Assembly: GCA_026936335.1 (NCBI GenBank)
Contig: JAPMXV010000073.1
Span: forward strand, 62,001-126,000
DNA length: 64,000 bases
Direction: 5' to 3'
DNA from: Mantamonas sphyraenae STR306
Lineage: Eukaryota > Protista > CRuMs
The notes under the pieces were generated by a model. That model had not been told where the DNA came from. It worked only from the letters and a program-made list of their open reading frames with translations, and did no database searches. Shown in pieces: positions 33,944-45,516 of the stretch (position 1 is the first letter of the stretch; the number at the start of each line of letters is the position of its first letter). The translations under genes were made by a program, and so were the position numbers.

Positions 33944-35044
33944 ATGTCCACCTCCACCCTCACACACATCAAACACGCCAAGGACACATTCACGTCTGCC
34001 ACTCTCCTCCTCGACGCCGTCGCTCGACTTGCCCTCCCGTCAGCCGAAGCCATGCGGCTGACTCCCGATGCCGAGGATCATCTGGCCATCCTCTTTGAAT
34101 GCGCCCTCCTCGAACGCGACCTCACCAGCAACGACGAACTGCTGTGGACAACCTACACACTGGCCGTGGAACACGGTCACAGTTTGGAAACGACCATTGC
34201 CCAACACCTGTTTGCTGGAGAGTTGTCCTTCGAGCTCGACTCCTCTCACACCGTCCTCATCGGCCAAGGCGACCTCACACTGGGCCACCACGACGCCCTC
34301 GACACACCACAGAGCATTCTCGTTGCACAGGCGTTTCTTCACCACGTCCTGGCCGGCCATGGCGATGCCACACGCCTCGCATTGCCTTGTCTCCAGCTGC
34401 TCCGAGCCCACCCGCCCACCCTCTCCTCTGCCTCCTCCCTCTCCGACCCACATGCACACACATCCATGCAGGTGCGCTTCCACACCGCCGTTGCAGACTG
34501 GCATCGCCAGCTCTGTGCCGCAGGACAAGCGGACAACCATCTTCAACCTGCCCACGCCGCATACACCCTTGCACACACCCTCGCCACCGCCTGTCTCGAC
34601 CCAGACGACCCCACCCGCTTGGGCTGCACCCTGAACTTTGCCCTTCTCCTCCATCACCACGCCTCCTCCTCCTCTCTGGCACTCCAGCTCCTTGCCCACG
34701 CCCTCGACGCCTTTGCCACACACACAGAGTCCACCACCACCTCCTCCACCACTACCCCATCCACATCCTCATCCACCCAACAACTCCTCGCCTCCATGGC
34801 CCGCCTCGTGCAACAGATTCGCCCGTCCAAGACTGCATCGGCCAACACAAAACAGCCACCACCACGGCTGACCCTTCGTGCCCAACTCACCACCTCCACC
34901 ACATCGTCGTTGTCTTCATCTGCATTCGACTCGTCCGCGTCACCCTCCCTGCCTCTCACGCCACAACGCGCTGTCGACACTCGCAATCTCATCCTCTCCT
35001 CCACCCGTGAAACCAATCTCTACCAGGACGAGGAGCACTCCTGA
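33944..35044 (+). CDS. Highly divergent 14-3-3-like protein
   Basis: ADWHRQL (cf. GDYYRYL), AY..A..LA...LDPDDPTRLGCTLNFALL (cf. PTHPIRLGLALNFSV), ALQLLAHALD. Confidence 0.65.
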   Translation: MSTSTLTHIKHAKDTFTSATLLLDAVARLALPSAEAMRLTPDAEDHLAILFECALLERDLTSNDELLWTTYTLAVEHGHSLETTIAQHLFAGELSFELDSSHTVLIGQGDLTLGHHDALDTPQSILVAQAFLHHVLAGHGDATRLALPCLQLLRAHPPTLSSASSLSDPHAHTSMQVRFHTAVADWHRQLCAAGQADNHLQPAHAAYTLAHTLATACLDPDDPTRLGCTLNFALLLHHHASSSSLALQLLAHALDAFATHTESTTTSSTTTPSTSSSTQQLLASMARLVQQIRPSKTASANTKQPPPRLTLRAQLTTSTTSSLSSSAFDSSASPSLPLTPQRAVDTRNLILSSTRETNLYQDEEHS

Positions 35045-36432
35045 AACTGCTTCAAGGCCACATTGTACACCGCACACACATAAACCGCCTTGTCCGGGTC
35101 AAAGTTGCCGCTGCGCCTGCTCTTCCACGCCATGTACACGCCCTGGTCGTTCACCAGCTGCGACGCCAGGTTGGACAGGGCCTCTGTGTCCACACCTCCC
35201 TTGGGTGACTGGCCGTACGCCTTGGAAAACGTGTACGACGGCGCAAACACCACCGGTGCCCCATGCTGGATGTACACCAGATCCGCCGTGTAGTCTTCGT
35301 AGTCCACAATGCCGCTGCTCACACACTCGGCACACTTGCTGCGGCCGCTTCCACCCGTGTTGCCGTTGCTCATGCCCAGTTCCACAATGCGGAATGCCGG
35401 GTTGTTGCCCGTCAGCGGGGTGATCGACGGCGCCAGCAGCATGGACCCAAACGCCTGCTCCTCCTTGGTGCCGTCGTGTTCGCTCATCAGACGGAACGCA
35501 TCCCTGTGTTCGTGTCCATACAGCTGTGCTGCCACCACGTCCTTGTACTCGTACATCAGGCTTGCAAACGTGGCACGGTACTCCTCTTCCCACAGCTGCG
35601 ACCCGTCGTACGCCACCTGTCCCGGTGCAATGTGTGTGGCAAGCATCACTTGCTGCCCACTGCTCTGTGCACTCTTCAGCTCGCTGTCCAGCCATGCAAA
35701 CTGGCCCATCGGATCCTTGCTGCTCGTGTTTGCCGGCTTGTGCCGCGTGCTGTAATACACGCTGTTGTACACCACCAGCTTCAGGTTGCTCGTCCCTGCG
35801 GGCGCCACGGCGTAGCTGCCCATGCTCAGGAACGACGTGTTGGCCTGTGCTGGCAACACAGCACTCCACACTCGGTACAACGACTGCAACCACGCATCGT
35901 ACGCATCCTCGGGCAGGTTGTAATCCGGAAACAGGTCGTTGTTCCCAATGCACGGGTAGATCGGCGTGCCCGGAAACACACTCTGCAGCGACGCCGTCAC
36001 ATTGGCCACCGTGGCCAACACCAGCGTCGCGTTGGGCAGGTGGTGACCCACGAAATCGCCCGTCACCAGGATAAACGCAGGCTTGGGGTCCACCTGTGCC
36101 ATGGCCGTGAAGGTGCTCATCATCAACGCGTACGGCGTGTCACATCCCACCTGTCCATACGCCACATTCGGTCCTGCACGCGGCAACGGATTGTTGCTCC
36201 CCTCCAAATGCACGTCCTGCGGCGTCTTTTCCCCGTGGTGATACTTCACATTGCCCACGTTGCGGCAAAACGTAGCGGGACTCTGGTCCACTTCGTACAG
36301 CGGGTCAAAGTGGATGTCGCTCAGGTGGAAGAAGCTCACCGGCGTGCTCGGCAACGCCGCTTCCTTCCACCCCGCCGCCTCTCCGGCCATCACCACCGCC
36401 ATCGCCACTGCCATCCATGCCACCGCACACAT
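35020..36432 (-). CDS. Acid sphingomyelinase-like phosphodiesterase (SMPDL3-like), secreted
   Basis: Signal peptide MCAVAWMAVAMAVV; metallophosphoesterase motifs SDIHFD, GCDTP, TGDFVGH, IGNND, THIAPG, YGHEHRD, PSITP...NNPAFR. Confidence 0.92.
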   Translation of the reverse strand: MCAVAWMAVAMAVVMAGEAAGWKEAALPSTPVSFFHLSDIHFDPLYEVDQSPATFCRNVGNVKYHHGEKTPQDVHLEGSNNPLPRAGPNVAYGQVGCDTPYALMMSTFTAMAQVDPKPAFILVTGDFVGHHLPNATLVLATVANVTASLQSVFPGTPIYPCIGNNDLFPDYNLPEDAYDAWLQSLYRVWSAVLPAQANTSFLSMGSYAVAPAGTSNLKLVVYNSVYYSTRHKPANTSSKDPMGQFAWLDSELKSAQSSGQQVMLATHIAPGQVAYDGSQLWEEEYRATFASLMYEYKDVVAAQLYGHEHRDAFRLMSEHDGTKEEQAFGSMLLAPSITPLTGNNPAFRIVELGMSNGNTGGSGRSKCAECVSSGIVDYEDYTADLVYIQHGAPVVFAPSYTFSKAYGQSPKGGVDTEALSNLASQLVNDQGVYMAWKSRRSGNFDPDKAVYVCAVYNVALKQFQECSSSW

Positions 36433-36571
36433 CCAACCTTGGCTCCTTGGTTCCTCCGCCTCACCGCTGCACACGCTCCCTTCATTCAAAGCCGCGTTGT
36501 TTTCTGTTTGCTGCCGCCGCCGCGTCCACGCAGCCACACAAAAAAACCAACCCAACTTCCTTTCCTCAACG

Positions 36572-38073
36572 ATGCACAAGTTCCTTGCATTGATCCTCCT
36601 GTCCCTTATGGTTGCTTCGGCTGTTGCCAGCTCCGAGTACGTGTCCTCCATCCTGCCCTTGCCCCATCCCTGCCTGCGTCCGCCCACAAACCCAGTCCGC
36701 CTCCACCCTAAGCCAATTTTCCACCGCTCCGAATCTGCCCTGCACCGTGTTCCCTCCTCGTACCCGTCCCTCCCGTGCCCTATCCACGCACACGGCCATA
36801 CAAACACCTCTGCGGCGTCCCATGCAACGTCACGCCCTGCTCTCCCTTTCCATATCTTCCCGCATGCGCTCTCCAAGCGCACGCGAAACAAACGCACGCA
36901 CGAGAGAGGGGTTTTTTCAGCGTCCCGCCTGCCTTGCTGACCCACGACCCTCCACACCCGTTGTCCCGCCCCCTTTCCCCCTCCCTGCTCCCCACAGCGA
37001 CTCGGGTGTTGAGACGCCGGACGACGAGCGCTTCCAGGGTACGTACATCATCCAGCAGCCGCGCATGTTGGCCTGCCCAACTTGGCGAATTTCGACCCCC
37101 CCCTTTTTTTTTTCCGCTCTCGACCCGATTTGCCGCCGCCCTCGTTTTTGCTGCCTTGTAGACTCACACCTGCGCCTCACTCCTACAGGCTGGGACGCCG
37201 TCGAGGTGGCTGACCCGAACGACGAGAGCAGCGGTGATGAGACCACCGATGACGAGAGCGAGGTCGGCGATTACGACGAGAACGAGTTCTGGGGCTCTCT
37301 TCCTCCAAGTCTTCTTCGTCCAAGAAGTCGTCTTGCGGTTTCTGGGGCTGCAGCAGCACGCGCCGCAGCAGCACCCCTACCCCGACCCCGACCCCGACCC
37401 GTCGCACCACCACCACGACGCGCCGCACCTGCTCGTCGTTCTGGGGCTGCTCCTCCACCTCGGGCTCGTCCTACACCCGCCCGACGACCTACACTCGCCG
37501 ACGACCTACACTCGTCCGACGACCTACACCCCGCCTTCGCCTGCCAACAACTGCGGCAACGTCGGTGGCTCCAACTGCCAGGTCAGCTCTTCCAGCCGCA
37601 AGGTCAACTCGCAGGGTCTTAACGACCTGAAGCAGTACGAGGGCATCGTGTGGGCCGGCGACCGCCGCTGCATTGCTCAGTGCTCGCGTGGCCAGGCTTG
37701 CCGCTACAACGACCCGCGCAACTTCCCCACCATCGGTTACGGCCATCTGTGCCGCTCCGGTGACGGCCTCAACTGCCTGTCCGCCCAGGGCGCCCTCGAT
37801 CTGTTCTCGCGCGACCTCGTCCGCTACGAGCGCCCCGTCGCTACCTCGGTCCGTGTCCCGCTTACCGACCAGCAGTTTGCTTCGCTCGTCAGCTTCACCT
37901 ACAACCTCGGCCCGGGTGTCATCCAGAACCCCAGCTCGAGCATCCGCCGTGCCCTCGATGCTCGCAACTACGCCGGTGTTTGCGACGCCCTGATGCTGTA
38001 CACCAAGTCTCGCGGCCGTGTCCTCCAGGGTCTTGTCAACCGCCGTCGCCACGAGTGCCAGGCCTTCCAGTAA
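36572..38073 (+). CDS. Secreted GH24 (phage-type) lysozyme with acidic pro-region and S/T/P-rich linker, 3 exons
   Basis: Signal peptide MHKFLALILLSLMVASAVA; introns 36637..36997 and 37039..37188; LKQYEG, YNDPRNFPTIGYGH, QQFASLVSFTYNLG, GLVNRRRHE. Two 1-nt deletions (~37298, ~37498) in low-complexity linker. Confidence 0.88.
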
Positions 38074-38173
38074 GCGCTGTCTTTGGCTCTCATCGCCACG
38101 GTTGAGCGCGGTCAGGGTACACAATACCCAAAAACAACAAACATGGCCGTGTTCCCCTAGATTGGTTCCCTTT

Positions 38174-40201
38174 TCATTGCTCCTCCTCCTCCTGCTCCTG
38201 CTCCCCATCCTCTTTGCGTTCAATCGCTTGCCGTTTCACGTCCTGCTTTGCCTCTTCCTCCCCATCCTCCTCCTCCTCGCCATCGTTCCCGTCCCCGTCG
38301 CCACCACCTTCCCCTTTGCCCTTGCTCTCGTCATCCTCCCGTTTCCTCTTTCCCCCCACCACCGTGCTCTTGGGCTGCTCCGCCTCTGCTTTTGTGCGTG
38401 CTTCCTCCTCTGCCTTTTTCATCTCTTCCAGCATGCGTGCGCGCTCCTCCTCCTCCTTCTTCCACGCTTCACGCAGCTGAGCCATCCTGTCTGGCTCGCC
38501 ACGTTCTGCACACAGCTGGCTCACAACCTGCTGCAATGTGTTGGGCGCCGAGTCCGCGTTCAACACCCCCACATACCCCAACCGCTGTTTTGTCACCATC
38601 CTCAGTCCACGCCACGTCTCCAGCTTGGAGTTCACTCGCAGATACTCCACCTCAATCCCTGCCTCCGGATCCAACTCCTCCATGATCGGTTCCAAGAACC
38701 CATCCAGAGTGACCCCACCCTTCTTTGTGCTCTCCATCTCAAACGCCTCGCCCCCTGTTTCCCACAGTTCACTCACTTCCTCCTCATCATCGTCTCCTCC
38801 GTCACCCAACGCCCCAAACACTCGCCTCCTGCCCTTGCTGCTGCTGCTTGCATCCGCCGCCCCTGCCCCTGCTCCTGCACTGCGTTCATACGGCGCACAC
38901 CCGCCCTTCTTCCACTCAATCCAATGCTCTTCGCGTTGCAACACCATGCGCAGCGTGCGCACGTACGCCTTGCCTTCGGGCGGAATGTTGCCCAGTTGGC
39001 CCCACGCCCGTCGTTCAAACTTGTCTGCCTTTTTGCGCTGCGCATCACTCAGCGTCTCCTTTGCCTTCCAGTTGAACTTGAGGTAGTTCAGCATCAACAG
39101 GAGCTGTGTGAGCACGTGCCGCTGAAAGTGTGCGTCGTTCAGCTGCAGGTTGATCAACTTGCTCGACGTCAAGTACTTTGGCACACGCGTGCGTCCCTCT
39201 GCCTCTGCCCCTGCCTCTGTCTCCCCTTCCCCACCCTCCTCTTCCATCTCATCCCTGCTGCCTCCTCCTGTCCCATGCTTCCCTCTCTTCACGCTCTCGT
39301 TGGTGGACGACGTCTTGCGTCGTGTAAACGCGTTCAAGATATCATTCACCCCGGCCGCCATCGCCTCCCACGCCTCTGCGTTCCCGTACAACTGTGCAGG
39401 CGCGTGAAAGTATGCATGGGTGGCCCAAAAGTCCCTGTAGAAACGGTAGTCCACGTGTGCACTCGCATGCGCCTCCTCCTCCTGCTTGGCATGCGCTGCA
39501 AGTTGCGCTTCCGCTTCTTCGTGCGGCTTGTTCGAGCTTTCCACCTCCATCGACCCGTCGTCGTTGGCGCCATCCTGCTCCGCATCTGTGTTGCCACCCT
39601 CCTGCGACCCACTCTCCTCCTCCGCATCCGCCTCCACTTCCGCTTCGTACTCGGTGAGGTTGGAGACGTTGAACGCACCCTTCAGGTTCACGCCCGACTT
39701 GTCCGAAAGAGGGAACAGCGCCGCGCACAGGTTGAGAATGCGGCCCATGAACCGCGCCTGCATCACACGCGACGCACGCTGCAACAGATGGTTGCATGTG
39801 CGCAGGATGGCCAGTTTGCACACCTGTGTTTGCATAAACTTGTCCACACGCAGCCTCTCCACACGTGCTTCCACCAGACCAAACAGCCCTTCGTTCTCAC
39901 TCACCGTGTGCCTTCCAAACACCTCTTCCAGCATGCTGAACGGTGTCAACAGATCGCCCGTCCCACTCTCTGCCAGTTCCAGTGCCATGTCCAGCAGCAA
40001 CTCCATCGTCGCCTTGTCCTGCGCCCCTCGCATGTGTTCCCGAAGCGCAATGTCCACCGCCGCCTTCTGCTCCGCCACTTCCTCCTCCTGACCCTCCCTG
40101 CCTCCACCACACGCCTCCACCACGGCTTCCACCCCACCATCCACCTCCTCGCCATTCCTCACCACCCTCTCAATCGCCTCAAAAATCTGTTCCGTCAGCA
40201 T
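38174..40201 (-). CDS. THOC1: THO complex subunit 1 (Hpr1)
   Basis: LRTCNHLLQRAS...FMGRIL...FPLSDKSGVNLKG.FN, FYRDFW, KYLTSSKLINLQLND, REEHWIEWKKGGC. Confidence 0.93.
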   Translation of the reverse strand: MLTEQIFEAIERVVRNGEEVDGGVEAVVEACGGGREGQEEEVAEQKAAVDIALREHMRGAQDKATMELLLDMALELAESGTGDLLTPFSMLEEVFGRHTVSENEGLFGLVEARVERLRVDKFMQTQVCKLAILRTCNHLLQRASRVMQARFMGRILNLCAALFPLSDKSGVNLKGAFNVSNLTEYEAEVEADAEEESGSQEGGNTDAEQDGANDDGSMEVESSNKPHEEAEAQLAAHAKQEEEAHASAHVDYRFYRDFWATHAYFHAPAQLYGNAEAWEAMAAGVNDILNAFTRRKTSSTNESVKRGKHGTGGGSRDEMEEEGGEGETEAGAEAEGRTRVPKYLTSSKLINLQLNDAHFQRHVLTQLLLMLNYLKFNWKAKETLSDAQRKKADKFERRAWGQLGNIPPEGKAYVRTLRMVLQREEHWIEWKKGGCAPYERSAGAGAGAADASSSSKGRRRVFGALGDGGDDDEEEVSELWETGGEAFEMESTKKGGVTLDGFLEPIMEELDPEAGIEVEYLRVNSKLETWRGLRMVTKQRLGYVGVLNADSAPNTLQQVVSQLCAERGEPDRMAQLREAWKKEEEERARMLEEMKKAEEEARTKAEAEQPKSTVVGGKRKREDDESKGKGEGGGDGDGNDGEEEEDGEEEAKQDVKRQAIERKEDGEQEQEEEEQ

Positions 40202-40316
40202 CGTGCCCTCTTGCGCAAACCACTGTTGACGATGCCCCTGCCCGCGCAACGAAATCCCCAACCCCACACCTGGTTCACCCCAACCACCCCACACTGTGTC
40301 TTTGGTTGCCTTTTGC

Positions 40317-41713
40317 ATGCGTGAGACCTGTTGCATCATCATCTTGGCCGTGCTTCTGGCCACGGGGTATTCTGCTCTTCACCGCCCTCGCATCACTGCC
40401 CATGCCACGTTTGCCTCGTCGCATCCCACCCTCGCCCATCTCAAGTCACCCCCGCGTCGCTACGACCTCACCCTCGTCGCCGACGGTGATCGCAGGACAC
40501 GTCATCCAAAGGGTGAATTCAGGGCCACCGTCCTCGTACGTCATACCACGACACAAACCCCCCACTCGATTTCCCCCTCTCGCCCAACCATCCCATTCAC
40601 ACTCACGCTTTCTGCCCCTCCCTCCCCTCCCCCCCCCCGGCAGAATGCCACGTTGACGTGGGACGCAGCGGATCGTGTGTACGACCTGCAACTCGGCACC
40701 AGCTGGCACTGGAGCGGCCATGCGTCGTACAAGGCGCGTGGCATGGAACTGAGTGCCCTCACGCCCATGTGTGGGCGATTATACACAGTGTGCGACATCA
40801 CAGGCATGCTGTACACTGTAGAGTCGCTGGAGGAGCGTCCGGACGCGCTTGTGCCTCGCCAGGTGCTGATCAACGGCGACGGCACCGCACGCAAGCCGCT
40901 CAAGGGCGAATGGATGGCTGTGCGCGATGGCTACCTGTACATTGGATCCACAGGCAAGCCATGGATCAGTGGGGAGGATTGGACGACGGTGTTGAACAGG
41001 GACGCAGAGTGGATCAAGGTCATGGATGCCGCTGGTCACCTGAGACATCTCGACTGGGGTCATGTCTATCACAGGATACGAGAGCATTGGAAGTGCGCAA
41101 ACCGGGCTGGATTTGGATTGAGGCGGCGTCGTTTGTGCCGCACACGCGCACGTGGGTGTTTGGCTTGCGCAAACTCGACCGATCCCAGAGCTATCACGAG
41201 GACAATGAGTGGAAGCAGGGTGCCAACAAGCTGGTGTTTATGGACGATGAGACCATGCATGTGCAACATGTGGTCGATGCCGTTCCTTTTGATCGCAAGT
41301 GGGGTGCCTCTGCCATGGCGTTGCTGCCCTTTTCCATGGATGAGGACGAGCAGGAGATGGACGACGAATCGCATTGGGAAGCGTGGCAACACACCGCTGC
41401 CCTCCAGGTGCATGATTGCTTGCACCGCACACCCATCAAGAGGGGAGACCATGCACAGCATCTGTTGAGGCAGGACGACAGTGCTGCTGCCGCAACCAAG
41501 TTTATCCACGGCGCCATGCCGGGCCATCATCTCGTCGTGTTGTACACCACCGAAGTGGGCGACCACACAGCCACACGACTGACTGTCATCGACCTGCGCA
41601 CAGGCGATTCCGTGCTCCGCGACGGCGTCAACGACCTCAGCGTGCACCACAAGTTTGAAGGCGTTGCCGTCACCGGGGTGCATGCCAATGCCACAAATGC
41701 AGTGGTGGCATAA
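40317..41713 (+). CDS. Apyrase / CANT1-like calcium-activated nucleotidase
   Basis: Signal or anchor segment; LVADGD, RGMELS, CDITG, LINGDG...KGEW, LYIGSTGKPW, KFEGV. Intron 40536..40643; missing G at ~41084. Confidence 0.88.
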
Positions 41714-41738
41714 GTCCGTGTGTGTGTGTACGCGTCCT

Positions 41739-43072
41739 TTAGCCCCGGAAAATGGATTCCCAGGAGTAGTCGTTGTACACCACCTTCCAGTCCTTGCGTG
41801 CCAGGGTGTACGACAGATCCTCGGCCAGTTGGCCCTCCACAAACCCACCCACGTAATCCAACACGCCGCGTTCGTCGTCTGCAAAGTCACTCGCGTACCA
41901 TTGGAAGATCTTGCTGAGGTAGACCTTGTGTTCGCGCAGGTCCACACGCACATTCTGCTCCTCGTTGCAAAACACACGTGCTGCCAGCTCCAGTTGCTCG
42001 TCCAGTTTGTCGGCCTCGTAGGCACGCAGCACAGGACACCCCACCACGCCGCAGTTGAGCGCAAAGTGGATGCGAGGGTCCATCGGTTCGATGCACAACG
42101 CGGCCGCCGCCTCGTCGTCGGAAAAGGTGGCACTGCGCAGACTGAACAACGGTGCCTTGTTGCCACGTAGGATGCCGTGTTCGATGTCATTCAGTGTGTA
42201 CTCGTGACCTCGGATCTCATAGGCAGGGCCCGCGAAAAAGCGCAGCCTTTGGAACGCGTTGCCCGGCGAACCGAGCTCCACCACCGCGTGCATCACAAGC
42301 AGGTTGTAAATGTTGATAAACAGACCCATCAGTTCGTGTCGTTCCAACGAGTGTGCGTTCACCTTTTGCAACTGCGAACACTCCATCACGTACCGTCGAA
42401 ACAGCGGCGATTGCTTCAATCCACCCAGGTCAATGTGTCGTTCAGACACCTGAAAGTCTTGCAGAAGCCTTCGCATGGTGTCCACCAGGGACACACACAG
42501 TGCCGGCACATCCTCCACCTCGCTGCGCCAGATCTTTTTCCGGTTCAGCACCGTTTCTGCCTTTTCGTCGTCCACCTGGAAACGGTACAGTGTGTCGTCG
42601 TCGCGGAACGGTGCACTCGAGTGCACGTGGTGCAGCATGTACGATCGCATCATAATCTGGCCCAGTTGCACGGCCTGTGCGCGCGTGGTGATTTCTTGCA
42701 GATTGGCAAGCATCCAATCCACTGCCTCGCGGCCCACAAAGCACTTGCGATGCACGCGCAGAAACACACGCCTGTTCTTCACTTCCACCCCTTTTTCAGG
42801 CTCTCGCATGCGCCACACCAAACTGTCCAGCAGCTGGGCATCCACTGCATCCGTCTCCACGCTCACTTCTCGCCACGATTCAGCCCACGCCTCGCTTCCC
42901 TCTTCCTCCTCCTCACCCTCCTCTCCAGCCCAATCCAACTCCCGTTCCATCTTCTCCCCCTCTACCCCTTCCTCGTCCTCGCTGTACGTCTTCCAGTCCC
43001 GTGCACGACCACTGTGTTCGTGGTACTCATTGTCCACACTGCTGTTCTCCTCGTTCACCATCATCACTGTGG

Positions 43073-43103
<31 letters not shown>

Positions 43104-45516
43104 GTCTGCGTTGTTGTTCTCATAATACTCGTCATTGTCATCGTCGTATAGCCCTTGCTCTTCGTTCTCCTCATCCACAACGTCCTCCACGTCGTCCCCT
43201 TCCTCCGGTGGTACGTACGTGTACACATACGTGACTTCGTCTTCCCCGTCGTCGGCCGTGGCATATCCATCGTCGCCACTGCTGCTCGACCCATCCTCCC
43301 GCTCCGTGGCATTTTCTCCCTCCTCGTCCTGCTCGTCGTCATCATCGTCTGGTAGTCCCACCCACCAAAAGGCTCTCTCCACATCGACACCCAGTTTGCA
43401 CACGTGTTCCTTGTCCTGTGCATCCACATGTGCCTGTAACCTGCGTCGCAGTGGCTTGTCGAAATCGTACCCGGAATACTCATCCAGCGCCTGCCGGAAG
43501 CACTCCAGCGCACGCGAGCGGTCCTCCATCATGAGATACACCTCACCCAGTTCGCACAAGGCATGGGGCATCAGGTACGTGTCAGCCTGCACCGCACCCT
43601 TGCTTCCTGCGTCCAATACCGCCTCGAAACACTCGCGTGCTAGAGTCAGCGCCTCCAGCTGCTTGAGCATCAAGCCTCGCATGTAGAGAATGCGTGCTTG
43701 GGCGTCGTCGTGCGCCTCGATGCGCACCACGAGGTCGTTGAATGTGTGTTGCAACCGAGTGCCCACAGCAGCCGCCACGGTGTCGTCCACCATGTCGACA
43801 GTGAAGCCAAACACGGTCAGTGCGTTGCTTTCCAGGTAGTTCAGTCCAGACCATGCCTCTTTGCTCTCCTGCAGACACGCCAAGACAATCAGCGTCCTCT
43901 CCTCCGTCAGCACACGGTTCATCTCGGACGAGGGTGGGGAAGATGATGATGACGATGACGATGATGACAAAGCTCCAGATGCATCCTTGGGCATGCTTTC
44001 CATCAGTGCCTGGAAGCGTGTGGCCTGTCTCAAGGCATACTGATCGTAGGAAAAGTGTTTGCGAGCCACACCTGCAATGCGGGAGTAGGCATGCAAGGCA
44101 GCGTGTGCGTCTCCCTGCATGAGATGGCAGTGGGCCAGTTGCATGAGAGCCCATGCCATGAACGATTGCGTGGTGTTTTCGTCCACAAAGCGTGTCAACA
44201 CCTTGGCTGCCTCTGCATACTCCAGGCGCAGGTAATGGCACCAGCCGCGTTCGGCAAGCGACGCCAGTTGGATTTGCAACACATCACCAGAGTCGCCATA
44301 CACGTCGATGAACAGGTCCAAGGCCTGTGAGATCTCGCCTGCCCGACGGTGCAGGTATCCGGCAAGGTACTTGAAGAGGGCACCGCGTGGGTATCGGTCC
44401 ACCATGTCTTTGTACAACAGTCTTGCTTGGGTGAGCTCGTTGGTGTAGAATGCATACACCCACAGCATGAGGAGGGAGGAAAACGCCCCACGCAAGCCGT
44501 CCTGGACCTCCATGCACTGCTTCAGCTTCGCCAGCCCACCCGCACGGTCGCTCTCAAACCCAATGCTCTTTAGCACCCACGCGAACGACGGAGGCACAAG
44601 CGACACGAAAAAGTGGAAGAACCCAACGCCAAAGCGGCTCCGTTGCAACAGATCCACAGCCCAAAACGCCTGCACCCCTCCCTCGTCCAAATGCGACAGT
44701 GCTGTGTGTACACCGTGTGAGTGGGCGGGTGAGAGAGTGTGTGTGTGTGGGAAGGAGCGGAGGAGCCACAGAACTGTACTCACTGGACGAGTCTTCCTCC
44801 TCAATGAGCGGCAGCAGGGTTGCCTCCCCTGCGTTGCTGTACGCTTTCCACGAGCGAGTGAGGTTGTATGCACCTGCATGGGAGGGGTTGTGAGCATGTG
44901 TGCGTGAGCATGTGTGTGTGTGTCAGCTCTGGTCATGATGGATATGGATGCTGGCATATCATCCTCGCTCACCTTTGGCAGGATTCCGCTGACGAAAGTG
45001 CAGGCCGGCAAACCAGAGATATATCTCCCCGTAGAGCAGCTGGGAGGCCCATTCACACAGCTGTTCCACACACCGTTCGCTCTCGTCACTCATGTTGCGC
45101 CCCCATGCCGAATCCTTTCGATTCTGTGTCTCCTTGGCCCCTGAGCTGCCGCCGCCACCAAAGAAGTCGAGGAACGAGGACGACGATGCCGCCCTGACCT
45201 TGCCCAGCACGCGTTCCAACTCGCTCAGCGCCTGCAACGCGTCATCCAACGATTCATGTGCCTGCTTGAGCCACCCTTCCTCCTCACTGTACACAGCCCA
45301 CAGCGTATGCACCTCTGCCAACTGGCTGAGACTCTGTGTGCGTCTCAACAGACCCACCAATTCAGTGTGGTGGTGATTTCCTGACACGTGTGCCCCTTCC
45401 ACCATTTCCTTTGTTTCCGCCTCCACCTGACCCACCATCTCTCTGGCATAGCCCTCTGCTCGGCGGAACTCCATGTTCCACAGCGCGTAGCACGCCTCTG
45501 TGCTCCAGTGTGCCAT
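41739..45516 (-). CDS. TTC39/Iml2-like TPR protein fused through an acidic linker to DEP and DUF547 domains
   Basis: Introns 44874..44972 and 44702..44783. TTC39: FGVGFFHFFVSLVPP...IGFESDRAGGL, YPRGALF, GYDFD. DEP: KCFVGREAVDW...HHV...FRDDDTLYRF. DUF547: FINIYNLLVMHA, LNDIEHGILRGN, DPRIHFALNCG..GCP, SKIFQWYASDF. Confidence 0.88.
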
